Part shown: positions 1 through 14,497 of the stretch, one piece after another
Position numbering within the stretch: the stretch's first letter is position 1
Layout of the letters: each line of letters opens with the position of its first letter
DNA from: the human T2T-CHM13v2.0 reference genome, Homo sapiens
Direction: 5' to 3' (one strand)
Assembly: GCF_009914755.1 (NCBI RefSeq)
Contig: NC_060929.1
Length of the DNA: 64,000 nt
Translations under genes and position numbers: made by a program
The notes under the pieces: generated by a model
The model's database searches: none
What the model saw: the letters and a program-made list of their open reading frames with translations, nothing else
What the model was told of the DNA's origin: nothing

Positions 1-413
1 TGTTTTCTTATCCCCCGTTGATGCCTATATTCAAGATTATGGCTTCCCTTGCTTTGCTGCATGAGTAAATATTGTACTTTACTTTCCGCTTTCCGTTTTT
101 CCATATTTCAGAAAGTTTCAGAAATCAGTCTTCTGTTGATGGTTTCCCTCCATTATTGTAGCAGGATTATCACTTCTTTTGTACATATTCATTTTAAAGA
201 CCTTAGAAAGAAAGGAGAAGCAAACATTTGTGCTCCCATTCTCCATCCTGAACTGAAAGCCTTTCACATTTCATTGACGGTTTTGCTGAAATTAGAGAAT
301 ACTATATTTTTGACACTCCTTTTATCTATCTGCTAATAAATCTATCGACAACAAAACTAGTTGTCATTAATATTTTATTTTAATGTCATGCCAGCCGCTA
401 ATATCCACTTAAC

Positions 414-537
414 TTTTTTTTGAAATGGGGTCTCTCTATGTTGCCCAAGCTGGTTTCAAACTCCTGGCCTCAGTGCATCCTCCCACATTAGCCTCCAGAG
501 TGGCTGGAACTACAGGCACATGCCACCATACCTGGCT
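414..537 (-). mobile_element. Alu monomer (FLAM-like)
   Basis: Single Alu arm in antisense; TSD tccacttaactttt at 404-417 and 538-551. Confidence 0.85.
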
Positions 538-649
538 TCCACTTAACTTTTCTAAATGCTTAAGATTATTTATTTTAAAAGTCAACTATAGGATGTTACT
601 AAGAATCTGTGATGCAATTATGATAAGAATCATTTATACTAAATGTTTC

Positions 650-1500
650 AATCAACAACCCGTTAGATAAATTGGCAAAATGTACATACAAACAGCTAAT
701 TCACAAAACAAGAAAAATTTTAATAAGTGCTTAAATATATGGAAATACACTCAGCTTTACTCTTAAGAAGAAAATGCAAATGAAACTGTAGTGGAATATT
801 TTTTAACCTTTTACATTTGCAAAGATCAAAAAGTTTAGCGCTAGTCACGATTAAAATGATGATTGTTATTTTGTGTGCCAGCTATTATGCTAGGTACTTC
901 AAAATATAAATATTTTTAAGGCTAACACTTTATTAGTGAGAAGATATAGACGCTGTTGAATATTTGGGTATGCATCACAAAATGTCTACCGAGGGCAATG
1001 TGGCAATAGCTGTAACATCTTTTCTATCATACCTTTTGACATAGCAGTTCCATTTCCAGAAAATTATTCACACATGTAATAAACATATAAGGACATTTGT
1101 TGCAATGTTGTTAGTATTTGCAAAAGACTGAAATATACCTACATGCCCCATCAGTAAGGAACTGGTTAAATAACATTTCATCCTTACAATGTAACTTTAT
1201 GCAGTCATTAAAAAGTATGAGGAAGATCTATGGGTACTGAAAGAACACCAAGATACAATAAGTTAAAAAAAAAGCAAGGTGTAGAATAGCATGCTGTCTA
1301 TCATTTGTGGTTCAAAAATGCACACGTTTACATATGCACAGTCTCTCCCAGGAAGGACACACAAGTTGCTGGGAAGAGTAGGTGCCTTTGTGGAGAGAAA
1401 CTGGGTCACCATGAAACAGGGGTAAAAAGAAAATTTGTTTTTCCATTTGTAACTTTTAAATTTTATACTTATGCTTATAGTGCCTATTCAGAAATAAATA
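650..1500 (+). mobile_element. Old L1 (L1M-type) 3' fragments
   Basis: Degenerate L1 ORF2-end/3'UTR phrases (aaatgcaaatgaaac, tgccccatcagtaaggaactggttaaataa). Confidence 0.55.
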
Positions 1501-2498
1501 TGTAGACAGATAAATGAAATTTATAGTTGTCCAAACAAAAATATATGTATCAGAATTGTAAATGGAAGATCATTCTTCTTGACTTGTAAAAATCTAGTTT
1601 GGGAGATTCTGAGTTTATGAAATTGGAAAAGCTAAAGGGTTTCCCAGCCATCCTGTCTCCATTGCTCACTCCTGCACTTCCGCACTCCATTCTATTTCCT
1701 TCTTTTGGTCACTGTGAGGCCTCTCTTTATTTGTACTATGGCTGCTGTCCAGCCCTCTTCCATCTCTATAGCCCAACTCTTTGCTTCCCAAGTATCGTGG
1801 CCTGTGTCTGCCAGCCACGGAGCCACTGAATAGGCAGCACTCCAAAAACAAGCGTCTATGAGGCCCCAGATCTTGGTGAATCCAGGTGCCAACATGGTTT
1901 TCACTACAGTTTCAGGAACACTCTACTTTCACAGACCCACCCATGACCACAGCAATCCCATTGCCAGGCATTTATTCTATGAAGACCCTCTGATGAAACA
2001 TATCCTATCTTCAGACACTTCTAAACCTTTGTTGATCAAGACTGTGGCTTTAAAATGATCAGAGACTTTTTAAAAAATAATTGTAGATGTAAAACTACCT
2101 CTACTTCTACTACCATAAGGAAGCTTAGTGATTTTTTTTATGCCTTTAGCTTAGATTAACATGTGGGTAGACTCAAACACAGGGACTCATCACTGTAATT
2201 AGAAGGGAACACACCTTCTTGGACTGAACCACAGTGAAACACTTGTTTTCCTTCACCTGAGACACAGCTGAATCATAGCTTCTACCCTCAGCTACTTATT
2301 TACTTGGACTTGCATGTGATGTGCCTGAATACAATACATTCCCAGCAGGAGCGGCAAAGGGCCAGTGATGTGACAAGAGAAAGGTGTATTGAGTTTAGCT
2401 GAAACTCACAGAGACTATCTCCAGCAGGAATGATACTTGACTCCACATAAGAGTTCTAATTCTGAAAAATTGTGAAATGAGAATTTAAGTCATCATCA

Positions 2499-2955
<457 letters not shown>

Positions 2956-4858
2956 ATGCTCTCCCCTAATAGGTGAAGTCAGGTTTAGTTGTTATAAGCA
3001 TGACTGTCTCACTGCTTTGAAATTTCTACTAAAAGCCTTTCAGGCAGGGACCATAACTGATGCTTAAAGTGGGTTGGAGATGGGAGGAGAAATAACCTGC
3101 CAAGGCCAAGTAAAGGTTGGTCCTGTGTCTCCAGCATTTTCTACTGCTTCTGTGGATACTTACACCTGCCAGCTCACTTACCTGTCTCATCTACAAAGCT
3201 CTGAGCACCCTGACAACAGGGACAAGTCCAGTAAATATTTGTTGAAAAAGGAGGATTGGTTTTTTGGTTTGTTTTTTCAGTTGACTCTTTTAGTCAAAGT
3301 CCGTAACAGGGCTTTGTCTTCTGGTTAAAAAATAAATAAAAACTGATTTCCTTATTTTCATGATTTAAATGAAACCTGTTCAGCTTCATTGACCGTAACT
3401 TTAAAGTTACTAAGTGGCCTGGTTCAGCTTCATTGACAGTAACTTAAAAGTTTCCAAAAGGCCTTGAGGAAGCATTCCATTTCCCCTCCCACGCTGCTCA
3501 CTCAAACACACGCTAGCCTCTGCTGCTTGAATTCTACATAGTTTCAGTCTGCTGCTGACAAGACCTCCAAGGTAAGGGACGCTTGCAGGAATAATCTTGC
3601 CTGTGTGAGGAATTAACTTGCTTGAGCCTGTAGCATCTTTAAGCAAAAACCTAAGATCAAATTGACTCGTAGATGAATTTCACTTCCTCTTTGAGATACT
3701 ACATAATTAATCCATATCATTGAACGTATAAATGACCACTGTGAGCAAATGCTGAGCTGAGTGCTGTGGAAAAAAACCAGACATTCCCTGCCTTTAAGGA
3801 ACTTGGTTTAGTGCTGGATAACTAAGATTTTTGGGAGAAAAGGTACCAGTACAAGGTATTAATTAATTAGATGCCTAGTGAGTTATAAAATCAGCAGGCA
3901 GCATAGAGACTTTTAAGCAGTGTGGAGGATGTGTCCCCTGGCTAGGGCCTTCAAGGAGAGAACCAGTGCTGAAGACAAGACACAAGTTGAAGGAGAAGTG
4001 AAGTGGAGAGTATGTAGAAAAAAGCTACTTTGAGTACACTGTATGTTCCATCCTTGAAAGACATTGTTTTAGTAGGACAATATAGAGGCATGCACTGTAA
4101 TCTTTTCAGTGCTAAGCTAGGGGTCCCGAAACAGGACCACCTTATGTGGTTAAGCACTTAAGTCACCTGCACTGCACACAAATGCCTGACCAAGATGGGT
4201 CAGGGTCAAAGAGGAGCTGAAATCTAGCCTCAGTTTTGCTGCCTTCTGACCTTGGTGCTGGGCTGTTTCTGCCAAGAGCAAGAAGCACCTTATCTCTGCC
4301 AGGAGCACCTTTTGCAGAGTGGCTCTCTGTACACAAAGATGCTGTATAGGACAGCTCCAGCTCTCCCTCTAAGTCTTCATCTGATCCTGCATAAAATCCA
4401 GTAAATATCTGAATAAATGTTGAGATGGATTATTGAAGTTCTATACCCAGTCTCTACTTAAAGAGGGCTTCTCAAGTAGATTTCTGCCTGAATCTGTTGA
4501 AGAAAAGAGATAATGTGTTTGTGTCTTGGGGGAAGCGAAAAAAGGCAGAGATGTGCTTTAAGGCCTCTTAACTATTCTAAAATTCTTTGAGTCCACAAAT
4601 TAAACTTGGTGCTAAGTTTAATAAAGTCCAATTATTATTTTAAACCAAAACAGGGTTTTCCTAATAATATTTCAATGCCTCAGCCTTCCATGTACCTTTG
4701 TCACATAATGCAATTCTGTTATGGACTGAGCCCTTTTAATGTATGTAACTGTTTTAAGTACTTGGAGAAAAATTGAAGAAATAGAAGGTTGGACCTCTGT
4801 CCTCAGATACGTATCTACTAGGAAAAGAGAAATGCTTACCACAAAATTAAGAGCGTCA

Positions 4859-5213
<355 letters not shown>

Positions 5214-5934
5214 TCAGATATACTGGCCTTGATTCTGACACTACAATAGGACTCCTCGCCTAGGCTGCAATTTTCATATGCTGTGAAAAGTGATCAGCAA
5301 AGCAACCACACAGCTTAAACTATCCAGTGGCATTTCCTGCCTGCACAGTCATATGCAGGTGAGACTACCAAATAGGTGGTAAATGAAAGTGAAGATTAGC
5401 TAATCTCTCATAGCAATGCCATCTTAACATGTCTTTCTTTAGGCTCAGTCTCCATGGAGTCCTCACATCCTCAGAAGTATCGTTTGTGTTTTACTGAGCT
5501 GACACACCAAAGAAGTTCTGATCCATAAATAACATTTTGTATTCTTCCTTCAACATCCCTTCCTTTCCCACTTTCCCATTGGAAGTGGTTTCCCCTGCTT
5601 CCCAAGAGATCTTCACCGGCCGACTGAGGGAACTCACCTCTGCATCCCCCAAGCTGGTTGTCCTCTGTTTGTTGGTTCTATGCACAAACCTTCTTGACTC
5701 ACCTTCCCCTCTACTCCCTTCCACCTTCTCTTTTACCAAGGTCAGACCTAGTTTTTCCAACGCCTATTGATCATGACTGTAAGTCAACACTATCCTAGAC
5801 CCCGTGGTTAAGACAAAGATGAGTAAGATTCCCACTCTGCCCTGGAGCTCTCACACTGAAGAGTTAATTATGAGGATAAATGGATGAGTAGGTGGTTGGG
5901 GGGATGAATGGAGAGAGAGAACACAAAGGTTTTG

Positions 5935-6085
5935 CAGACAGACATACTAAGTTTGAATCTCAAGTAAGATAGATGCTAGCTCTCTGAACTTAGGCAAGAT
6001 AGCAAGAGCCTCAGATTCCTCATCTGTAAAATGAGGGTAGTAATTCCTACCTAGTCTGGGTGGTTGTAAAGATTAGAGACTGTAA
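5935..6085 (+). mobile_element. MIR
   Basis: MIR core gagcctcagattcctcatctgtaaaatgaggg. Confidence 0.75.
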
Positions 6086-6149
6086 ATTGCTTAGGGAACT
6101 GCTTGGTTAAACAACATGTAAGTGACATAAGAGAAATGCAAACAAAAGG

Positions 6150-6554
6150 GGTGGGGGTTCCCAGCAGGAAGGCTCACACCTGCAGGAGGCCACACGTGAG
6201 CGTGTGTACATGTGCGTGTGTGCTTGTGCAGGGCGCTCCCAGCCTCCAGGTGATCTGCTGCCCCAGCACAGCCCATGCAGAGCAGAGCTGGGCAGCACAG
6301 ACCTGGGAGCCAGCAAGTCCACACAGTCTGGCATTTACAAGTGAAACAGGTGCGACCTGCAGCTACTGCCGTTGGGACACCAGGCAAGGGGTTAGAATGG
6401 AGATTGGGAAAGGGCCTCGCTGTCAAAGTTAACTAGCCTATCAGTGAGGAATGAAAATCATTCCATTCTCTAGAAAACCATGTTACTTCATCGTTTTCCT
6501 TCCAGCTACCTCTCTCTGAATGTCTAAAGTGAAGCGGTTTCCTTTCTTCTTCAG
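6150..6554 (+). promoter_or_regulatory. GRAMD2B: Candidate internal promoter / alternative first exon and 5'-extended exon 2
   Basis: Locally GC-richer unique sequence; E-box CACGTG 6193-6198; donor-like CAG|gtgcga at 6349/6350; acceptor ttttccttccag at 6505; ATG 6520 in frame with exon 2. Confidence 0.5.
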
Positions 6555-6674
6555 CTCAGAGGCTGAGAATGGTGTGGAGGAGAAAAAGAAAGCCTGCAGG
6601 TCGCCAACAGCCCAATCCCCTACCCCATCTGTGGAGGCGGACTCCCCAGACCAGAAGAAAATCATTAGCCTATG
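6555..6674 (+). CDS. GRAMD2B: GRAMD2B coding exon 2 (SEAENGVEEKKKACRSPTAQSPTPSVEADSPDQKKIISLW)
   Basis: Acceptor ttcttcag|C, donor TG|gtaagt; 120 nt, phase 2-2; peptide matches my recollection of human GRAMD2B/GRAMD3 and splices in frame with the following exons. Confidence 0.93.
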
Positions 6675-7476
6675 GTAAGTCCTCCGTTGACTCTCTTTGT
6701 TCTCTTTTGTCTTTTGGGGAGAAGGCGTTACAGGAGGAGCAGGGGTTTTTTGTTAAGAGTGAGGATGTATTAATACTATAGACAAATAATACTCCTGAGA
6801 AAGAATGAGCATTTTTCCCTGATACCCAGGTAGCATCTTTTTCTCCCTCCTGCCCCAGCCTTCAGCAGAGCATCTGCACCTTTCTGAAAGCGCTGATTTT
6901 GCTAAGTGATGAGGCCAGGGTGGACCCCTCTCTGGCATATGTTTAGAAAGCTGGGAAGGCTGGCCAGGTTGGAGTGTCTGCCCGGCCTTGGGTGTGCACA
7001 CCTGGTGTCTCACTTTCCTAGGGGCCGTGAAAAAAAGCCGAGGAAAAGAATCCCCATCCCGGGGACCCACCAGGCCACCAGTTTCCTGTGACAGACTAAG
7101 AGGGAGGGTTGGTTTGGTTGTGGGGCCGGAGGGGAGAGGTGGTTTTGAGATGTGTAGCTGTAGCCTCATCTTTCTCAGAGGCACCAACTACCATTTGGTA
7201 GAGACTAAAGTTGGTAGAGACTAAAGTTGCTTTGGGGCACTTAAAAGATAGCGGTTAAACCAACAGTGTGTGATGGGTGAGTGCAGTTTATCTAAACTGA
7301 GTACAGAAATCATTGTGGTCCTTCACCATTATTAGAACTTTGAGAACTGCTACCTTCTACTTCTTTTGGTCTTTGCTAAAAGATTATTAACTCCGCTTTT
7401 TGCTTCCTTCCTGGCTTCCCAGCCCATATCTTCTCTCCAAATCTATGCTTCATTCAGGACCAAGAGTAAGTCTTAA

Positions 7477-7818
<342 letters not shown>

Positions 7819-8034
7819 GGCCAGCATCTCACTTTAACAATTTTTTTTCCTCTAGTTGTTTCCCCTCAAAGCCTCACCTAATGCTTCTCTTCACAAAGGC
7901 ACAAGGCACATTATTTCTCATGTCTTTTACCACTGTTGGCTGACTACAGCAGGCACCTTAAAAACACTGTTGGTTTTACTCCAACTTCCCCAGGCTTCCG
8001 TAATAATAATACACTCTCACAGGGCATGCTTGCT

Positions 8035-8495
8035 AAACTTCATGGGCATGCGGTTCCTGCAGTTGGAAAGGGCCCACACTTGGTTTAATGTTCCCCTCTT
8101 GCTATCCAGAAATGCTTAATAATTTTTATGTAAGGGGGCCGGGCACGGTGGCTCACACCTGTAATCCTAGCACTTTGAGAGACTGAGGTGGGTGGATAAC
8201 TTGAGGTCAGGAGTTCGAGACCAGCCTGGCTAACATGGTGAAACCCCATCTCTACTAAAAATAAAAAATTAGCCGGGTGTGGTAGTGCATGCACTCAGGA
8301 GGCTGAGGCAGAAGAATCGCTTGAACCCAGAAAGTGGAGGTTGCAGTAAGCCGAGATTGTGCCACTCCAGCCTCAGCAACAGAGTGAGACTTTGTCTCTA
8401 TATAAAAATTATTAATTAATAATTTTTACTTGTTTTTATTAATTAATTAATAATTTTTATATAAAGGACCCCACATTTTCATTTTGCACTGGGCT
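8035..8495 (+). mobile_element. MER91-like hAT DNA transposon interrupted by an Alu (8136-8400, +)
   Basis: aagggcccacacttggtttaatg...cttaataattttt [Alu] ...ccccacattttcattttgcactgggc matches recalled MER91 consensus. Confidence 0.7.
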
Positions 8496-9617
8496 TCTTG
8501 TCACCTGTAGGAAGTGAGAATAACAGGGTTGAAAAGACCCAAAGAAATCCATATTGTATACATACATACCCTGTCCACAGGGGCCAGTGTCATGCAGATG
8601 AACCCCCTTATTGCTTGTGCCTTTTGAAATTATCAAGGGTAGAGCCACCCTACTCGTCATATTTGCTTGCAGTCCATGGATCTTCAAAAGGTCGGATCAT
8701 TTCCTTGCCCATTCCATTAACATTTATTAATGGGAATCAGTAGAGGTGATGAATTCAAATCTGTGAATAATATAAATAAAAGGCAAGTTGACATTTGTAC
8801 AGATAATTTTATTTTCAAATAGAGAACAAATGTTTTTTCATAGCTTCCAAAAAAATGTAATCCCTAGAATTCCCAGGGAATTTATGTCTGTGAATAGCTT
8901 CAATGGCCTGTATCTGAAATTAAACTCATTTACCTTGAACTGCTGAGGGGTATTTGCCCTGTGATTTCAGCATTGTGGAATCATACACTGTAGTGGCTAG
9001 AAGAGGCCTAGGACATCATATAGTCCATCTTTTCACAGCTGAGAAAACCAGAGCATAATTCTCTAACTTCAGTCCTTTCTGTTTCTCTGTGACACCCATG
9101 TACCACCTGAATTACTTCAGATTGTTCTTAAATCCACTTTGAACCAATTTTTTTTAACTGAACCTCATTTTAAGGAATAATATTGTGAAATCATGGATTT
9201 TATGTGTCGTTTCCTCCCAATAAACATTAAAGCAACTTCATAATCATAAAACTTATTCATATATATAACTCCAAAAATCATCTATGCATTCTACTTTGAA
9301 ATGACTGCGTTTAGCCGTAGGGTTGAAGTTACGTACAAATGTACACATCCACTAAAATGGAAAACCAGGACTAGAATCATCTTAGAAGGAAACTCTGGAG
9401 CTCTGACCTCTGTGCTTAACAGGAAAAAGGAAGACTTGGCTTCAAACATGTTTTGTGGTTTCATTTTTTTTATTCTGATTTCACTTTTATTGTATTCCCA
9501 CTCTGGGATGTTTTGTCTCTTTTCCTCATACCCAATTCTTGCTTATCCTGTTAGGCCCAGCATTTTAAGCCCACATTATTCTACTGTTTTCCTCTTCTAT
9601 TTATTTACTTTTTTTAA

Positions 9618-10130
<513 letters not shown>

Positions 10131-10469
10131 TAGTGGAATTCTGAAACAAAAATATTCTTTGATTGAACTATAGCTGCAATATTATTTAGTAATTTGCCTC
10201 AAGTACTCCTTTTTAAATACTGATTAAAATAGTTTCGTTTTAAAATGATGTAATTATTTTCACAACTTGATTGTTATTTCACCCTCTGTAAGTTACTATT
10301 TCTACAGTTTTTGATTACAGCCTGATGAAATCATTGCAGTGTCCTAAAGCATGTGCTGTGTAAATATTCTCAGAGTATCATGAATGATTTTTGATATCCA
10401 GAAAAGAAAAACAAATGTCAGGTTTTCTTAGAAGATAGTATAATAATCAAGATTTATTACAATAAATTA

Positions 10470-10775
<306 letters not shown>

Positions 10776-10805
10776 TTATAGACACCCTGGACTTTCTTTC
10801 TTTAG

Positions 10806-10917
10806 GTCAAAATCCAGTTTTGATGGTGCCTCTTTAGCAAGTGATAAGAACGACTGTAAAACAGAAAGCAAAAATGACCCTAAGACTGAAAGAAAAAAGT
10901 CTTCATCTTCCAGCCAG
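10806..10917 (+). CDS. GRAMD2B: GRAMD2B exon 3 (SKSSFDGASLASDKNDCKTESKNDPKTERKKSSSSSQ)
   Basis: Acceptor ctttctttag|G, donor CAG|gtaatt; 112 nt; completes the split TG/G Trp codon. Confidence 0.93.
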
Positions 10918-11689
10918 GTAATTTGAGAATGGAATTTGTATTGTCTTAGAGGGTGACAGGGCTACTGAAGCCAGTGACAAGAAGGAACCCAAGTATGCAC
11001 CTTCCTGCTGGTCAAGACTAATATAGGTATAGAGTTTAGAGAATTTAGAAGAACAAACAGGCAGCAGTTCCTCCAGTCCATTTTTCAGCAACGTTATATT
11101 CCACAACTCATTTTTCAGCACATTGCATGGTAGTGAGTTCCATGCTGTGGCCTCGAACTCTGACAGATACCCAGAGATCAGGGACCAACACAAAGTCATG
11201 TGCTTATCCAATAATTGGCAGGACAAGGGGAGTTGTGACATCCTTGTACTGAAATTGAAGAGTCTGATAAGGCACCTGCCTGAATAGTAGTAGGCCAGCC
11301 AACTGCACACAGAGGAGTTAGACCTTTGAACAGGGTCAGGATTCTTCTCCAGAACTAATTTTGGTTCTGCTTTAAAATATACCCAGATAGGAAACAAAGC
11401 CTAGTTCTATGTCATCAGAGAGTGTGATGCATGTGCTGGGGACAGGAGTTTGGGGTTTTTCTTAATTCTTCACCCCTCTAAATACTTGAATATGTGTTTC
11501 CTAAGAGCTAAACCAAAAACCATCGGCACACCCAAGAAATTTAAATATGAAATGTATTAAAATATTATTAATACAAAATTCACTTTTGAATTTCCATAGT
11601 AGTCCCAGTAATAAATATCCTTTATAAAGGTGTTTTTTTCCTCTTCAGGATCCAATCAAGAGTCACATACTGCATGTAATTGCTATGTC

Positions 11690-11988
11690 TTTTCTCTTTT
11701 TTTTCAAGGCAGAGTCTTGCTCTGTTGCCCAGGCTGGAGTGCAGTGCCACAATCTTGGCTCACTGCAACCTCCACCTCCCGGGTTTAAGTGAGTCTCATG
11801 ACTCAACCATCTGAGTAGCTGGGATTACAGATGTGCACCACCACACCCAGCTAATTTTTGTATTTTTAATACAGACAGGGTGTTGCCGTGTTAGCCAGGC
11901 TCATCTCAAACTCCTGGCCTCAGGCGATCCACCCACCTCTGCATCCCAAAAATGCTGTGATTACGAGCATGAGCCACCGCACTCAGCC
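11690..11988 (-). mobile_element. Alu
   Basis: Antisense dimer; TSD tgctatgtc. Confidence 0.9.
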
Positions 11989-12789
11989 TGCTATGTCCCT
12001 TTTAATTGAAAGCAGCCCCACTACCTTTTTTGCCATTTATTACGTTGACATTTTTGAAGCGTTTATGGCCTAGCATATTTTAAATCAAGCGTGCAACCAC
12101 TGCTCACTGTAGCCATTGAAAACAAAAGCTCAGTGAAGCCATAGAACACCTAGCTTTAATCAAGGTATCTTTCTATAAGGAGTTTATCTGTAAAATAGTT
12201 GACTTGCAGGGACCATCTATCATCTTGATGACCTGGTCTGTAGTTCTTTATGGCAAAACAGGGCCAGTTTTGCCATTGAGACCACTCTTGGTTTGGATAA
12301 TAAAGCCATCCAGGGCCTCCTACCCATTCTCCTTATAAGAATTTTTCTTCAGAAGCATCCCGTGAGGCAGATTGATCCTGTGGAGGGAGGATCGAGTTCT
12401 ACCCCATAGTTCGCTTCAGGCTTGAACTCCTGGGCTCAAGAGATCCTCCTGCCTCAGCCTCCTGAGTAGCTAGGACTACAGGCACATGCCACCACATCCA
12501 GCTAACAGTTCTACTCTTAATAGCTATATGATGCAGGTGAAAGTGTTTTACAAGCTGTAAATTGCTGGCTATCCATTGTTATTGTCACAGTTGTGAAAAC
12601 AGATCCCTTGAGGATGAAGTGATTTACAGCTTTCATGGTCTTGGGCCTTCTGCTGCCCTGGAGAGTGAAGTCTTTGTATGAAATCCTACTTGTCTTGTCA
12701 GTAGCCTACTACTGCATCCTACTCCTGTCACTGGCTAAGGAAATGCCTTCACAATAATACAGTAGGAAGAGTGGCCATATGTTGCCTTA

Positions 12790-12995
12790 GACTATAGGTC
12801 CTTTACATGTATTATCCCATTTAAGCCTCATGGCATCCCTTGAGGCTGGCACTGTTTTTGCCCTCTGGTACAGAAGAGGAAACCAAGGCCCAGGGAGATT
12901 AAGTGACTAAGCCATGGTCACACAACAAGAGCTAGAGCCACTACAGCCAAGACTTCAACTCAGGTTTACCTGACTACAAAGCTTTGAACCACTGT
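12790..12995 (-). mobile_element. MIR
   Basis: cagaagaggaaaccaaggcccagggagattaagtgact antisense MIR core. Confidence 0.7.
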
Positions 12996-13366
12996 ACTCT
13001 TCTGAGAGTACTCACTGGTACCTTTAGTACCTGGGATCCAGTATCTTCCCTAATGAGATTCCTTAGAATTTCATCCCATTTCTCATCAGGGACATCCTTG
13101 TCCAGCCCTGTTACCTCGGCAGTAGGCTGACCAGCAGCTGCATCATTATATCCAACCAGCAAAGCATTAAACTTGTTAGAAAATGAAACTGTGTGCCCAG
13201 ACTTTCACTGTGTTTTACTGAAGGCTTGTGTCAGAGACTGTAAGATCAGTGAGAAGGAATTCCTAAAGATACTATTAAGGGAGGGAAAATTTGTTGTTGA
13301 AGTTGAATTTGTGATGTTTCACAAGAAAGTGAGAATGGTGATGCTTGTATTTTGTTCTCATTGTAG

Positions 13367-13433
13367 TACAAGGCCAATATGCACTTTCACAAGTTGTTTC
13401 TTAGTGTCCCAACGGAGGAACCACTGAAGCAAA
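13367..13433 (+). CDS. GRAMD2B: GRAMD2B exon 4, start of GRAM domain (YKANMHFHKLFLSVPTEEPLKQ)
   Basis: Acceptor ttgtag|TAC, donor A|gtaagt; 67 nt; FHKLF..P..E.L motif typical of GRAM N-termini. Confidence 0.95.
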
Positions 13434-14393
13434 GTAAGTTCTGACCTGTTTGACTTTTTAAGCTACATATTTGAAAAGTTGATCATTAGTTTTGGGGAAG
13501 AAAAAGGGCATAGTCCATGGACTGAGTCACCAAGGGGATCAGGTTTCTGAAAGTAATAACATAACAATAACACCAGCTTCAGTCAGCTTTCACCAGGCAG
13601 CGTGAAAAGATCACAGAGGAGAAAAAGAAACAGTTCTCCATGGGGTATGGAGTCACCCAAGATGGTTCCGTGATGCCCTTCCCTTCTTTATTTATTGCTG
13701 AAATGCACATGGTTACATTGCTTTAAGATTTAGGATAACAAGCCTGGGGCAAGAGAGGCCACTAGAAGAAGGCTAAAAGAAAACTCACATCCTTAGACAT
13801 GGACAGACATGTGCTGATGCCACTATGAAGGGTAAGATAGTCACCTAAATATCTTGCCCAGCATGCTAGTTAAGCACGCCTACTAGACTCTGCAGTGGTT
13901 CATCAAGGGGCCCAAAGTTCCATTCTAGCCTCTCTTGATGTGCAAAAGTTGAGGCAAGATGCTGGGTTCCTGCCATGACCTTCAAACAGGAGGTGTGGGT
14001 TATGTGCTCTTCCCCTAGTGAGGCCATGTATTTTGAAAACAGTCATTCCTGAAAATACTGGGGAAAAGGGGAACAGGTGTACTAATATCAGCACATGGTG
14101 ACACACCAGGCTAAATAGAGGAGACTTGTAAGACCCCATTCTTGGTCTCTCAGGTACAATGGTAGATTTGCCTTTTCATTCTGATATTTATACTGAAGTT
14201 GGTAAGACTTTGAACTTAAAAGCAAACTGGTTGCCACAGCTTTCTTTCCATAAAGATGACAGAAGAAGAGGTAATAAAACTTTTGAGTGTGAATGTATTA
14301 TCTCTGCCCATCCTTGAGTCACCAAAATATATACACGGTTTTTATTTTAAGTGGAAATTCTAAATGATGCTGTGCCTGTGTATATTTTCCCAG

Positions 14394-14497
14394 GCTTTAC
14401 CTGTGCTCTACAGAAAGAAATACTATACCAAGGAAAGCTCTTTGTATCAGAAAACTGGATTTGTTTTCATTCCAAAGTCTTTGGAAAAGACACAAAG
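14394..14497 (+). CDS. GRAMD2B: GRAMD2B exon 5, GRAM core (SFTCALQKEILYQGKLFVSENWICFHSKVFGKDTK)
   Basis: Acceptor ttttcccag|GC, donor AAG|gttggt; 104 nt; CAL..EIL.QG.L..S.NW.CF.S GRAM signature, visible in ORF 14351..14551. Confidence 0.97.

Noticed and set aside
3378-3452. CRISPR-like repeat-spacer unit
   Set aside because: Only two copies with a 13-nt gap, in eukaryotic intronic context with no cas genes
10903-11397. 164-aa non-Alu antisense ORF beside exon 3
   Set aside because: Non-ATG start, no recognisable domain and no supporting gene structure
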